From contig NW_005434666.1 in NCBI RefSeq assembly GCF_000315625.1, positions 729,877 through 793,876 on the forward strand: 64,000 bases of DNA. The letters run 5' to 3'. Within the stretch, counting starts at the first letter, position 1. Each line of letters starts with the position of its first letter. Made by a program: the position numbers and the translations under genes. This document shows, one piece after another, positions 50,509-61,447 of the stretch. The stretch comes from Guillardia theta CCMP2712 (Eukaryota > Protista > Cryptophyta). The notes beneath the pieces were generated by a model. The model saw only the letters and a list, made by a program, of their open reading frames with translations, ran no database searches and was not told the origin of the DNA.

Positions 50509-51990
50509 ATGGACATGGGAGCGCGGAGGGGAGCGATAACAGCGATAGCGATGATGCTGTCTACAACGCCTCCTCATGCCTTCTGGAGTGATAGAGCCAT
50601 GATCAGCCTCCGCCCGCCCTCCTTTCTACGACCAGCATGCAACCTCTTGCCAACAAGACCATCGTTGGGAACCCTGACTATGCGCGTGCAAAGAAAGGTG
50701 CAGGTGGAGGGCCAGACGAGCGGTGGGGCTGAGTCAGGCAGCAAGAGGCTCAGACGCCCCAGTAACTGGTGGCAAGACATAAATCAAGTCAAGGAGGAGC
50801 TCGTGGCTTTCTGCGAGGCGCACAACCTTCCCGTGGAAGTCCTCCCTTCGGAAAGAGAGTTCAGATCGTATCCTGGCGGGATGCACGTGATACATGCCAT
50901 CAGAAAGCATGGCGGGTTTGTCAAATTCGGAGAGTTGGTTGAGATCCCTGCACGCAGACCGCGTGAGTCGCCTCCGAGAACACAGAGAAGGAAGACGACA
51001 GGTAGAGACGAATACGGCCGTTTCTCGGAAGAGCTTGTTTTCCAGGAGCATCTCCTCAACTACTCAAAGACAATCGAGACATGGAACTGGAAAGTGTTGC
51101 CCTCTAACGCAGACCTCAAAGAGAATGGCAGAAAAGACCTCATAAACGCCATTTACAGATATGGAGGGCGGTATATCGATAAAGCTCAGTTTTCCGAATA
51201 TGCTGATGTATGATGACAGAAAACACATCGCGAAGAAATTCGGTCTTCTTCTCACGACTGAATTCAAGTGCGAATGATTGTTTTTTAATTATGAGTGTCA
51301 CGTCTTAGCAAATGATTAGCGAGCAATTCTTTTCGATGTACAGGCGAATTCGCTGATCTTGGTGGTTTTGATCAGTTATTTGGTGGAATTCTATCACCTC
51401 CTCAAGGAGTTGAGATCGTATCAAGAAGAGAAACAACAACTCGGAAAGGTTTGTCTTGGATGTGCTCAATGATTCGAGACTTCTTAACTGCCGATTGCGG
51501 GCTTCTAGATGCCTTCATTCAAGCAGTTGATTGCTAACGGCAGACAAGACCTTGCACGGATGATATGCAAGCACGGGGGGCAGGTGAAAGTTTACATGCT
51601 CAGATGGACAGCGATTGATGCATCATCTAGAATGTCTTGGCTGCAAGACTTGATCTACAGTTGGACAGGCCCAGAAAACCATACCTCGTCTGGGGTCAGT
51701 TCAGTATCGATTTCGCCATAGATCTCATCGAGATAGCAGGAGTGAGCATCATGGGAACATCTCTTTTTCTTGCTAAAATGCATACACTCCAGCAACACAG
51801 TCAAGACATCGGAAGGACAGAGCGGATCTTGATGCCCAACGCAACAACATTACAGTCGATTCATCGAGCTGATCTAATTGAGAAGGCGAGCATTGCGCTT
51901 GAGGCGTCTTTCTGTGACACGCCTCTCCAGATCGAAATGTACGGAGGCTTTGTAGACGTTGCAAGGCGAATCGGATTGGATCCAGATTAG
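50509..51990 (+). CDS. Plastid-targeted protein with four helical repeats resembling the PTST2/PTST3 N-terminal repeat
   Basis: Leader ...AITAIAMMLSTTPPHAF; repeats LPSEREF..HAIRKHGGF, LPSNADLKENGRKDLINAIYRYGG, MPSFKQLIANGRQDLARMICKHGG, MPNATTLQSIHRADL..IEMYGGFVDVARRIGL. Confidence 0.7.
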
Positions 51991-52391
51991 GCTACTTTCC
52001 TTCGTTTGCTCTTTCACCCACATCAAACTTTGCAATACAAGATTGATCGCAAACAAAGTGGAAACTATTTTTACTGTTTCAGCCACGCCTTGACAGACAG
52101 CACTCCCCTCCCCTCCCCTCCCCTCCCCTCCCCTCCCCTCCCCTCCCCTCCCCTCCCCTCCCCTCCTCTACTCGATTCTACTGGCTGTCCCTTTTGCTCT
52201 CTGAGGTTCATATTGCGAGGGTAGACATGAAGGGGTACTAAATCGTAAGGGGTGGTGAGAAGAGGATAAGAAGGGGTTAAATTCAAGTAAATTGGAGGGT
52301 GGGGGTTCAATTGAAGGAGGTTGTGAATGTCTGAACAAGAAATCAAATGGGGTAGGGTAGGTGAGGTTGAGGCTGTTCGGGAAAGACAAGA

Positions 52392-52534
52392 ATGGTGGGC
52401 AAGCGGAAGCGAACAGCAAGCGAGATAAGAAGGTGAGATCGCAGTGACATGCACATGAACAAGGAGCATCATCTACATCCGTCGTCAGATGATGAGCAGG
52501 AGCAGCAAGATGAGGAGGGTTGGGTGGAGGGGAT

Positions 52535-52582
<48 letters not shown>

Positions 52583-54049
52583 CAAGTCAACGTAAATGAA
52601 ATTGCAGATTCAAGGGCTGTGTAGATTAAAGAGAAGAATACGCAGAAAGCGATGACAAGGGGGAAAGAATTGCTATGATGATAGAGGAGGGATCGAACTA
52701 AAGGGCTAAAGACTAAAGCTCCTCTGGCAGTTTCTGCAACTCTGCCGGTTTTGCAAATAAGTTTGAAGACTGGGAAGACGATGAGCTAGTTGAGATCGAT
52801 TTTAATCAACTGCTCGCGATCGGTTTCACTAGTGATCAAGCTGCTCGAGTCACCTGCAAGATAAGGTGCTTGCTTGTGTTCAATTTCAAACTCAAACTGT
52901 GACCTCGGAAGAGCATTGAAGAAGGAGGAGGAAAGAGTCAGGCCCCTGAACCAGCAACTGCACAATTTCGCTCGAACGGGATTTCGGGTAGCAGAGGAAA
53001 GAAAGAAGAGAAGAAAACTCACTGTAGACTCAGAGGGTGCAAGGACTCTTCTTCTCCCACAAAGAATCGCTCATCGGTGAGATCGATCGCCTTCTACGTG
53101 AAGGTGCTCAAGTCAACTCTGTCGATGAGGTTGATCCTCCTGCTCTTCTCCCGCTCTCTTCATCTCAAACGCAGCTGGGCGAGACAGCATTGCATGGAGC
53201 ATGCAAAGGAGGTCACAGAGACATCGTAGCGAGGTCTGTCTTGCTGTGCCTTGCTGTGCTCATCCTGCTTGCCAGGTTGCTGCAAGCGGGCGCAGACATC
53301 AACGCCATGAGCGTGCATGGCAAGAAGCCTGACGTCATGCCGCATCTCCCGCTCATTGCGGTCCTCTCCTTCCTCATCCCTCTGACTCTCTTGACGCGGG
53401 GCAGGTGGCTGAGCGTGGGCCCTTGGAGGTGGTCCGAGCGCTGATAGAAGGCGGAAGCAACCTGAACCAGCAGGACGACATGGGTCACACGCCTCTGCAC
53501 CAGGCAGCCAAGGCTGGGAACTTGGAGGTGGTGGAGTTGCTGGTGGCCAAGGTGACTTGCCGCCCTCCTCCTCGTCTCTCACGCACACTGAGGGATGCGA
53601 CGTTGACCGACACGACAAGCGCGGGCGGACGGCGCTGCATGTGGCAGCAGCAGAGGGTCATTTGAAGTGCACCAACTTCCTGCTGGAGCACGTGAGCATG
53701 CTCCTCTCCTACCGCTCTCATAACTTGACGCGGAAGGGAGCCAACGTGAACGCGCGTACGGATGCAGGAACGACCGCTCTCCATTGGGTGGCTGTGCTGG
53801 GGTGCCAGGTGAGAAGCCACATGAGTTCTTGGATGACAAGGGGAGCAGAAGACGGCCAAGGCTCTGCTGGAGCATGGCGCAGAAGTGAACTCGAGGAACA
53901 ATGAGGGGTGAGAGCTTCTCCCTCCCTCTCTCGCTGACGGCTCTCACAGCTTCACCCCCCTCGACAGAGCGACAGACGAGGAGATGCGGAAGCTGCTCAA
54001 GGAGCGAGGAGGACGAGAGTCTCTGGGCTGGTGGTCCTTCAAGTCGTGA
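52392..54049 (+). CDS. Ankyrin-repeat protein
   Basis: GETALHGACKGGH, GHTPLHQAAKAGN, GRTALHVAAAEGH, GTTALHWVAVLG, GFTPLDRA; stop TGA 54047-54049. Start uncertain. Confidence 0.9.
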
Positions 54050-54220
54050 AGCTGTGCAGGCACAACAAGGTTGACGCTGCCATGCTCGGCCGTTCCAAGA
54101 AAATTTCGATTATGAAGAATTTAATCGTGAAAAAGAAGAGACCCCTCACCCGCCCTCAACATCTTCTTTCTGGCTTCTTGTCTCATCAGCCTAGCGATCT
54201 TGCACTTGACTTGTAAAGAC

Positions 54221-57192
54221 TTAATTGCTCACGTCGTCGAGCTCCTCTTCACCCTCAGAGTCTCACTGCTCAAGCTGCCGACGCGTCTTCGCTCTCCTGT
54301 TTCATCTGCCAAGCCTGTCAAGTCTCTGCCGACAGCAGCAGCATCATCAAGCCCCTACGTCCTTCATCATGGCCTCGTTCTCGCTCTTAGTCTCCACACT
54401 GCCTTCAGAGCGCTCGCGCACCTGTCACTCCTTCACTTCTCCTCCTCCTCCTCCTCCTCCTCCTCCTCCTCCTCCTCCTCCTCCTCCTCCTCCTACAGTC
54501 ACCATGGAGGCGAAGATGTGCTGGAGAAATCCGGCGGCTCCGAGCAGAAACGCGCAAACGAGGAAGACAGAATCATCTGAAACGGTTCCTGGAGCAGCGA
54601 GTGAAAACAAAGAGGTACAATTGCTGCAAGCACCTAAGTTAGAGAGGACGAAGATGACGATGAGGTTGAGAGGAATGCGGAAAAAGTTGTAGACAGTTGC
54701 GCGGACCTAAGGGTTCAGTTCAACGACAGGAGAAGACCGGAGAACACGGGAGGGGAAGAAAGAGGAAGACGAGAGAAGAAGAGCACGAGCACGAGGGCAT
54801 GGCGATCATTGCGGTAGCTTTGGTGGAGGTGGAGGAGGTTGTGGTTGAAGAGCGGTTCCGGTGAGGGGAATAAGGATGGGATTGCTTAGAGTTTCGTGCT
54901 GTACCTCTTCAGGAACATATTTGGACTTGATTGTCGCCATGCTCGGCCAGTAGACTCCACAGATCAACTGCAAAGGTTGAGAAATAGAGAGGGCGGGGGG
55001 AGGGGCAACGGCAGGTCACCTCGAAGAGGAAGAAGCAGAAGAGAGTGATGTATGCGTTGATTCCAGCCATCGCCGGCACCCCCAGGCATACAGCAGCGAG
55101 CAGGAAGACTTCGCGCATGAAGACCTGCAGCCAGTGAGAGGAAGATGAGGCTGGTGAGGCCGCAGCTACCACAGGAGGTCCCCGCAGGGTTGTGATGCTC
55201 TTGACGAGGCTCGAGCCGATGACCATGCAAGCCATGAAGCAGCCGAACACCTTCAATGGGGCTAAGGGGCAGCTGGACGACAAGTGAAGCCTACCTGGCC
55301 GTGTGGCAGAGGCTTGAAGAGAGGTTCAAGCTTCGGCGTCCACATGAACACCTTGTAACAGCTCAAGTCAATGTCTTGCTTGCCCTCTATCAATTCGTGC
55401 AAACACGCACAAAGATGTACATCGCGCCTTCGAAGCATGACCTGTGACGCAGATTAGAGCGTGAAAGAGACCAATTCAAATATCACTGAGCCATTCCCAA
55501 GACTAAAATCTTAGGATCTCTCTTGAAAATTTCAATCGCTGCCTGAGCATTCAGATCAATGAGTGATCTCGATTAGCCATCTTGTCCTTGTCGTTGATCT
55601 CACTTGAACTTTCCCATTGTCGTCGTAGCGACCAGAAGCGAGAGAAGACTCTCCCTTGTTTTCAGCCCAAGTAAACCAGATGACCTGCGATCAACTCAAC
55701 CTCCATTATCCTGTACATTCTTCATCACGCTTTACCGCCATGGCCAGCGCGAGGAAGACAATGGCGAGGTCGAAAGGTGCGACCAGACTGTGAGGAATGG
55801 GGATGTGAGGCGAGAAGAGCAGGGAGGCAACAGACCTGTCGAAAGAATCCCTCACAAGAGCTCCAAGCCATCCAGCAGCGATGGCAACGATCCCATTCCC
55901 AACCGTCGCGAGGGAGAAAGTCTGGCTCAACCACTGGACGACAAGCGTCATGTCAACAGAGAAATAGGGAAGTCAGCTTGTACACCTCGGAAGGATAGAA
56001 ATGTTTTCCGTGCTCCGCCACCATCCAAGATTCGAAGGACGAGAAGAGAATTGACGTAGCAATTCCACCTGCGAATCTCATCTCACAATCTGAACTGGAA
56101 GTATCCATCTACTGCAACAACGTACCAGTTAATCGTCCAAACAAGAGGACGTTGAAGTTGGGAGAGTGCTTGGTCAAACAAGATACCTGAAAAATTGCTT
56201 CATCAGAAGAAGTAGATCGTGATTTGTCAGTCCAATCTTACAATGTAAGTCACACAGTATACTAGACATGAAAGTTTTCGCCCATATCTGAACTTGAAAA
56301 TCAAATGCGTCTAGTTCATACTCTAACCAGCACTTGTCTGCGAATGATCCAGCGAATACGCCGAACACCGCACTGCTACCAAACCCGACGATAAAGAGCA
56401 CTCCAATCTGTTCTTCAGATTTACATGCTAACACGCTCATCTCATCTGATTCAACCTCCTTCTTGGTGAACTTGTAGTAATCGTATAGCGCATAAACGTA
56501 AGGTCCTTGCAACCTGAACGGTCTGATCACTCGGGTTACCTCCAAGAGAGTATCTTACCAATCAGCCATAACAGAGCAGAAGTAGACCACCAGATATAAC
56601 CGTTGGAACTTCTTGAAGTCAGACTAGGCCAAGTGTCAGAAGGAACACCTATTGCTGTTGCTGAAGATAGGAGAATCTCAGGGTGAAGATGAAAAGAAGA
56701 GGATGAAGTCCAGAAAGGAAGAGGCTCCTCTTGTCTAACGTACCGTGGTGGGTGATCCTGCAGTCTTTGAACGATTCTGAAGAAAAGCAGGTGAAATTAG
56801 CGTGTCGTTGCTTTCAATGAGCGCTACAACAGGCCAGCAACCAGCAAGCCAGCGAGCCAAGAGGGAAGGTAACAAGGGAGGGAGGGGGAGGGGAGCAGGA
56901 ACATGATAGCCGTATCGCATAAATGAATGTCGCTGCGAAGGACAGAGGACGGCTGCTCCAGCATAGCCGCTCTCTTCGTCCGGTCAGCTGGGCATCGCCC
57001 TCCAGGGGCAGTAGTGAGGAGAGGAGGGGAGAGGAGGGGAGAGGAGGGGAGAGGAGGGGAGAGGAGGGGAGAGGAGGGGAGAGGAGAGGAGGACGGGATG
57101 AGGAACGAGGGAGGGGAGGCAGGTCATGCCTGCGCCAGCTGAATCGCCGCATAGAGGCCGCAGAGCGCGAAGAAAAGAAAGTCGAAGAGCAT
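54221..57192 (-). CDS. MFSD5: MFS molybdate-anion transporter (MFSD5/MOT2 family)
   Basis: FKKFQRLYLVVY..MADWLQGPYVYALY, IGVLFIVGFGSSAVFG, GGIATSILFSSFESWMVAEH, WLSQTFS..GNGIVAIAAG, APFDLA, FEGAMYIFVFMW, NFFRIPLNLIV. Confidence 0.93.
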
Positions 57193-57559
57193 GGCGCTGC
57201 TGGATCCTAGGGCTGGCGGGTGGATTGAACACAAGGGGTACTTCAATAGTAGAGGTGGGTTTATTTCACACGGGTGTATTCCTCTGCAAGGACAGGGTAA
57301 AGGTAGGGTAGGGTGGGTCTTTGAACAGATCATGGTAGGGGTCTCAGATGAAGGGGGGTGAGTGACGAAGCAATGGGTTGTGTCACATGTATCCATGACG
57401 ATACTACCATCATTATTACTTACGGAAAGTACCGTACCGTCAGTGACACCCTGAAACCTGGCTTCTGGACTCCGACGCCGGGTCCGGCCCGCCCGGCGCA
57501 CACAGCAATACAAGTTTAAGTTTGGGGGACAGCAAAAGCCAAGCCGGAGCCTCACAGCC

Positions 57560-57704
57560 TGCCTGATGATGCAGGACGCTACGTGGTACACATCCCTGGT
57601 CTGCGCGCTCTCGTCGACTCGTCTCATGAGCACTTCAGTAAGTTCCTCCGCCTGCGCAGCGCAATGTGACTGTGATCCTCTTGTCATGCGGAAGTTTCCT
57701 CGCC
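57560..57704 (+). mobile_element. Degraded + strand fragment of the element's upstream ORF region
   Basis: Reverse-complement match to about 60630-60775 (PDDAGR..VVHIPGLRALVDSSHEHF..PPAQRNVT) with small indels. Confidence 0.8.
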
Positions 57705-57719
57705 TTGACGTTTACTGTG

Positions 57720-58134
57720 CATAGGATTTACTGGCAGAAGGTAAAAAGTGCCTCAAGCAAAACAGAGCAGGAACAAGCTAAACCTCCAGGCACACAGTCC
57801 ACAGCGAGAAGCTGCACAAACACACACAAAACACAAGCCCGAAAAGAACCAGCACTGCTGGCACCCAGACGCGGCACCGCCAGCCCAAGCGCGAAGCCGC
57901 GCAGACAAGCAGCCTAAGGGTCAGGCAATCAAGCAACAAGCAGCAGGAGCATGCAGGAGGAATAACATCCCTTAGACGCGATACCCGGAGGCAGCCGACT
58001 GACCACTGTCAGTCGAGACGTCCGCTGCCGCCACAAAGCGGGCGGCCGCGGACGGAGAAAGGGCAGCCGCCGACAAGGAGCCGGCGTTGCCCGGGGGTCC
58101 GCCTGGGGCAGCGGACGGAGGGAGGCTGGACACA
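57720..58134 (-). mobile_element. 5'-truncated element copy (3' UTR + end of ORF)
   Basis: Colinear with 58906-59295; ends in ...AGTAAATCCTATG. Confidence 0.88.
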
Positions 58135-58147
58135 TGAACATCTGGGG

Positions 58148-58410
58148 CATAGGATTTACTGGCAGAAGGTAAAAAGTGCCTCAAGCAAAACAAAGCAGGA
58201 ACAAGCTGAACCGGCAGGCACACAGTCCACAGCGAGAAGCTGCACAAACACACACAAAACACAAGCCCGAAAAGAACCAGCACTGCTGGCACCCAGACGC
58301 GGCATCGCCAGCCCAAGCGCGAAGCCGCGCAGACAAGCAGCCTAAGGGTCAGGCAATCAAGCAACAAGCAGCAGGAGCATGCAGGAGGAAGAAAATCCCT
58401 TACACGCGAT
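58148..58410 (-). mobile_element. 5'-truncated element copy (3' UTR only)
   Basis: Head-to-tail repeat of the preceding copy; same 3' terminus. Confidence 0.88.
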
Positions 58411-58905
58411 CTGGTATCTGGCGGACATCACTGCTCAGCGCTCGATGCCTCTTGAGGATGCGGCGCTTGGTCGGCACTTCGTTCCTGATGACGGCCTGCT
58501 GCTGAGGTCTTGGCTCGAGAGACATAGGATTTACTGGCAGAAGGTAAAAAGTGCCTCAAGCAAAACGCGCCGCCACCTATCAGCGCCTCACCATGCAGCT
58601 GACGCTGGAGGCGCTCCTGTCTGGTGCGAGGCGCATGACGCCCTTGCGGGCGCAAGCTTATTACGGATTTACTGGCAGAAGGTAAAAAGTGCCTCAAGCA
58701 AAACAAAGCAGGAACTTCTCGAGCCAGAGGACAGCTCCTCCTCGGACTTTGTCGACGGTCGCCCGAGGAGTCTTCGCCAGAGGTCCAGAGTGGAGTCGAC
58801 GCGCCCACTGTGACGTCGGATGCCTCCGGAGAGCTCGACACCACTGGCTAAATGGATTTACTGGGGTGCTTGCTGGTCCGAGCTCACCTGCCTCCGCAGC
58901 CGGTC
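58409..58905 (+). mobile_element. + strand fragment of the RLE/C-terminal coding region interrupted by three antisense 3'-terminal micro-insertions
   Basis: Reads IWYLADI.AQRSMPLEDAA / RAATYQRLTMQLTLEALLSGARRMTPLRAQA / LEPEDSSSSDFV, broken near 58518, 58658 and 58848. Confidence 0.85.
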
Positions 58906-59131
58906 GGATTTACTGGCAGAAGGTAAAAAGTGCCTCAAGCAAAACAAAGCAGGAACAAGCTGAACCGGCAGGCACACAGTCCACAGCGAGAAGCTGCACA
59001 AACACACACAAAACACAAGCCCGAAAAGAACCAGCACTGCTGGCACCCAGACGCGGCACCGCCAGCCCAAGCGCGAAGGGTCAGGCAATCAAGCAACAAG
59101 CAGCAGGAGCATGCAGGAGGAAGAAAATCCC

Positions 59132-60889
59132 TTAGACGCGATACCCGGAGGCAGCCGACTGACCACTGTCAGTCGAGACGTCCGCTGCCGCCACAAAGCG
59201 GGCGGCCGCGGACGGAGAAAGGGCAGCCGCCGACAAGGAGCCGGCGTTGCCCGGGGGTCCGCCTGGGGCAGCGGACGGAGGGAGGCTGGACACAGGAACA
59301 CGGTACCGCTCGAGGTAGTCCTCCTCGCTAGCCTCCGAGTCAGCGGTAGCCGAGTCAGCGGTAGCCGCCCGTGACGGCGGCGACGCCGCGGCAATGCCCA
59401 AGGACCGGCGTGACCCGACCGATGCCGGGGAGGAAGCAGGCGAGCTCGGACCAGCAGCAAGCACCCCAGTGGTGTCGAGCTCTCCGGAGGCACCCGACGT
59501 CACAGTGAGGGACGGAGACGCCTCGCCAGCTCCGCGCCGATCGTCGGGGCCACTCGAAGGGTGTCCCCCATCGGAGTCGGAGACCTCCGGCGAAGACTCC
59601 TCGGGCGACTCGACAAAGTCCGAGGAGGAGCTGTCCTCTGGCTCGAGGAGTGCTTGCGCCCGCAAGGGCGTCATGCGCCTCGCACCAGACAAGAGCGCTT
59701 CCAGCGTCAGCTGCATGGTGAGGCGCTGATAGGTGGCGGCGCGTTTGCGAGCCAAGACCTCAGCAGCAGGTCCGTCATCAGGCACGAAGTGCCGACCAAA
59801 CGCCGCATCCTCAAGAGGCATCGAGCGCTGAGCAATGATGTCCGCAAGATACCAGATGAAGCGGAGGGTGTCAGGATGCAGGGTACCGTCCGTCGAGATG
59901 GCAAGAGGGATGAACGCTCGAGGAGGAGTAGTCATAGCATATGCAGCGCGATGTTTGCGAATCTTCTCAGACGCTGCAACATGGAGGGCGTCGAGGTTGA
60001 CCTCCCCCCACTTGGTCAGGTCGGCAGAGCTACCAATGTAAGGGTGGACCAACGTCACGTCCGCCATCAAGCCCTCGTACTGCTCGGACCCTCGATCGCG
60101 GATTCCAGGGATGTGGATATCGCCCTTCATCTTGCGGCCATGAGGATGGGAGGGTACCTGCCGTCGAGAACGAGGATCCCCCACTGTATCGATGACGCTC
60201 TGAAGACCAGCTTCGTTCAGCATCGACCGAATCGTACGAGTAAGGTTGTCATGCGCCGTTGGAAGCTTGGAGGATCGGCGTTTGCAGGTCTGGAGATGAT
60301 GTGCAGCAACGGAGGGGTCGAGCTCGCGCTGACATCCATCACATTCCGTCGGACACTGGCAGATCGGCATGTCATGGAGATAGCAGTCGAGCATCTGAGC
60401 ATAGCGGTGCGGGAAGGCCTTGAGGGGGTACCCATAGGATTTACTGGCAGAAGGTAAAAAGTAGTAGCTCGAGACTCGCATCGGAGAGTGGCTCAGGTCT
60501 CGCTCAGGAAAATGAGCGAAGATGGTAGACTGCAAGACCCTATCCTGCGACTTGAGCGAGTGTGTCCTGCGGCTGTGCAAGGTGAGGATATCACGCTGCT
60601 GATCGGTCAGCGCAGCGCGAGCATGCACATGGCGAGGGAAGACGCGCATGACAAGAGGGGTCACATTTCGCTGCGCAGGCGGAGGAATGAAGTGCTCATG
60701 AGACGAGTCGACGAGAGCGCGCAAACCAGGGATGTGTACCACAGATGCCGGGGGGCGTCCTGCGTCATCAGGCACAGCAGCCGGGGCAGGTGGGATCGCC
60801 GCGCCATCTGCAGCCGGTGCAGGAGCCTTGACACTCCGATGCCGCACAGCCCCGGTCCCTGGGCGTTGATGCGGCGTCGCCGCCGTCAC
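59132..60889 (-). CDS. Retrotransposon-derived ORF: zinc knuckle + restriction-like endonuclease (RLE), no RT domain
   Basis: CDGC..HHLQTC knuckle, AHDNL, KGDIHI, ADVTLVHP, AASEKIRKH..Y, FIPLAISTDG, typical of the CRE/NeSL/R2-group RLE C-terminus. The frame runs through a 3'-terminus junction at 60433-60462; first ATG at 60649. Confidence 0.85.
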   Translation of the reverse strand: MTAATPHQRPGTGAVRHRSVKAPAPAADGAAIPPAPAAVPDDAGRPPASVVHIPGLRALVDSSHEHFIPPPAQRNVTPLVMRVFPRHVHARAALTDQQRDILTLHSRRTHSLKSQDRVLQSTIFAHFPERDLSHSPMRVSSYYFLPSASKSYGYPLKAFPHRYAQMLDCYLHDMPICQCPTECDGCQRELDPSVAAHHLQTCKRRSSKLPTAHDNLTRTIRSMLNEAGLQSVIDTVGDPRSRRQVPSHPHGRKMKGDIHIPGIRDRGSEQYEGLMADVTLVHPYIGSSADLTKWGEVNLDALHVAASEKIRKHRAAYAMTTPPRAFIPLAISTDGTLHPDTLRFIWYLADIIAQRSMPLEDAAFGRHFVPDDGPAAEVLARKRAATYQRLTMQLTLEALLSGARRMTPLRAQALLEPEDSSSSDFVESPEESSPEVSDSDGGHPSSGPDDRRGAGEASPSLTVTSGASGELDTTGVLAAGPSSPASSPASVGSRRSLGIAAASPPSRAATADSATADSEASEEDYLERYRVPVSSLPPSAAPGGPPGNAGSLSAAALSPSAAARFVAAADVSTDSGQSAASGYRV

Positions 60890-60924
60890 GGGCGGTGTTG
60901 GTCTCGGCTACCGCTGACTCGGAA

Positions 60925-61148
60925 GCCGCCAGATACCAGATGAAGCGGAGGGTGTCAGGATGCAAGGTTGCTTGCAGCAAATCAAACACCGTCCGTTGAG
61001 ATGGCAAGAGATACATACAAGAGGGATGAACGCACGAGGAGGAGTAGTCATAATCCTTTTTACCAGTCATGGCATATGCAGCGCGATGTTTGCGAATCTT
61101 CTCAGACGCTGCAACATGGAGGGCGTCGAGGTTGACTTCCCCCCACTT
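60925..61148 (-). mobile_element. Second, damaged copy of the RLE core
   Basis: KWGEVNLDALHVAASEKIRKHRAAYAMT ... TLHPDTLRFIWYLA with three small insertions relative to 59840-60015. Confidence 0.85.
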
Positions 61149-61447
61149 ACAGTCAGATGCCTCCGGGTATCGCATCTAAGGGTGTCGGATTTACTGGCAG
61201 AAGGTAAAAAGTGCCTCCTATGCTATCGTCAAGTAAAACAAAGCAGGCACCGCATGGATTTACTGGCAGAAGGTAAAAAGTGCCTCAAGCAAAACAAGCA
61301 GGAACAAGCTAAACCTCCTGGCACACAGCGCACAGCGAGAAGCTGCACAAACACACACAGCTGGTCCGAGCTCGCCTGCTTCCTCCCCGGCATCGGTCGG
61401 GTCACGCCTTCGCCGGAGGTCTCCGACTCCGATGGGGGAAACATACA

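Noticed and set aside
57724-57749. 26-mer as a sequencing adapter, snRNA (U5/U2) or telomere unit
   Set aside because: It does not match adapters or snRNA motifs I recall (U5 loop GCCUUUUAC differs), it is never in perfect tandem, and it continues colinearly into the element UTR. A database search is still needed to close this.
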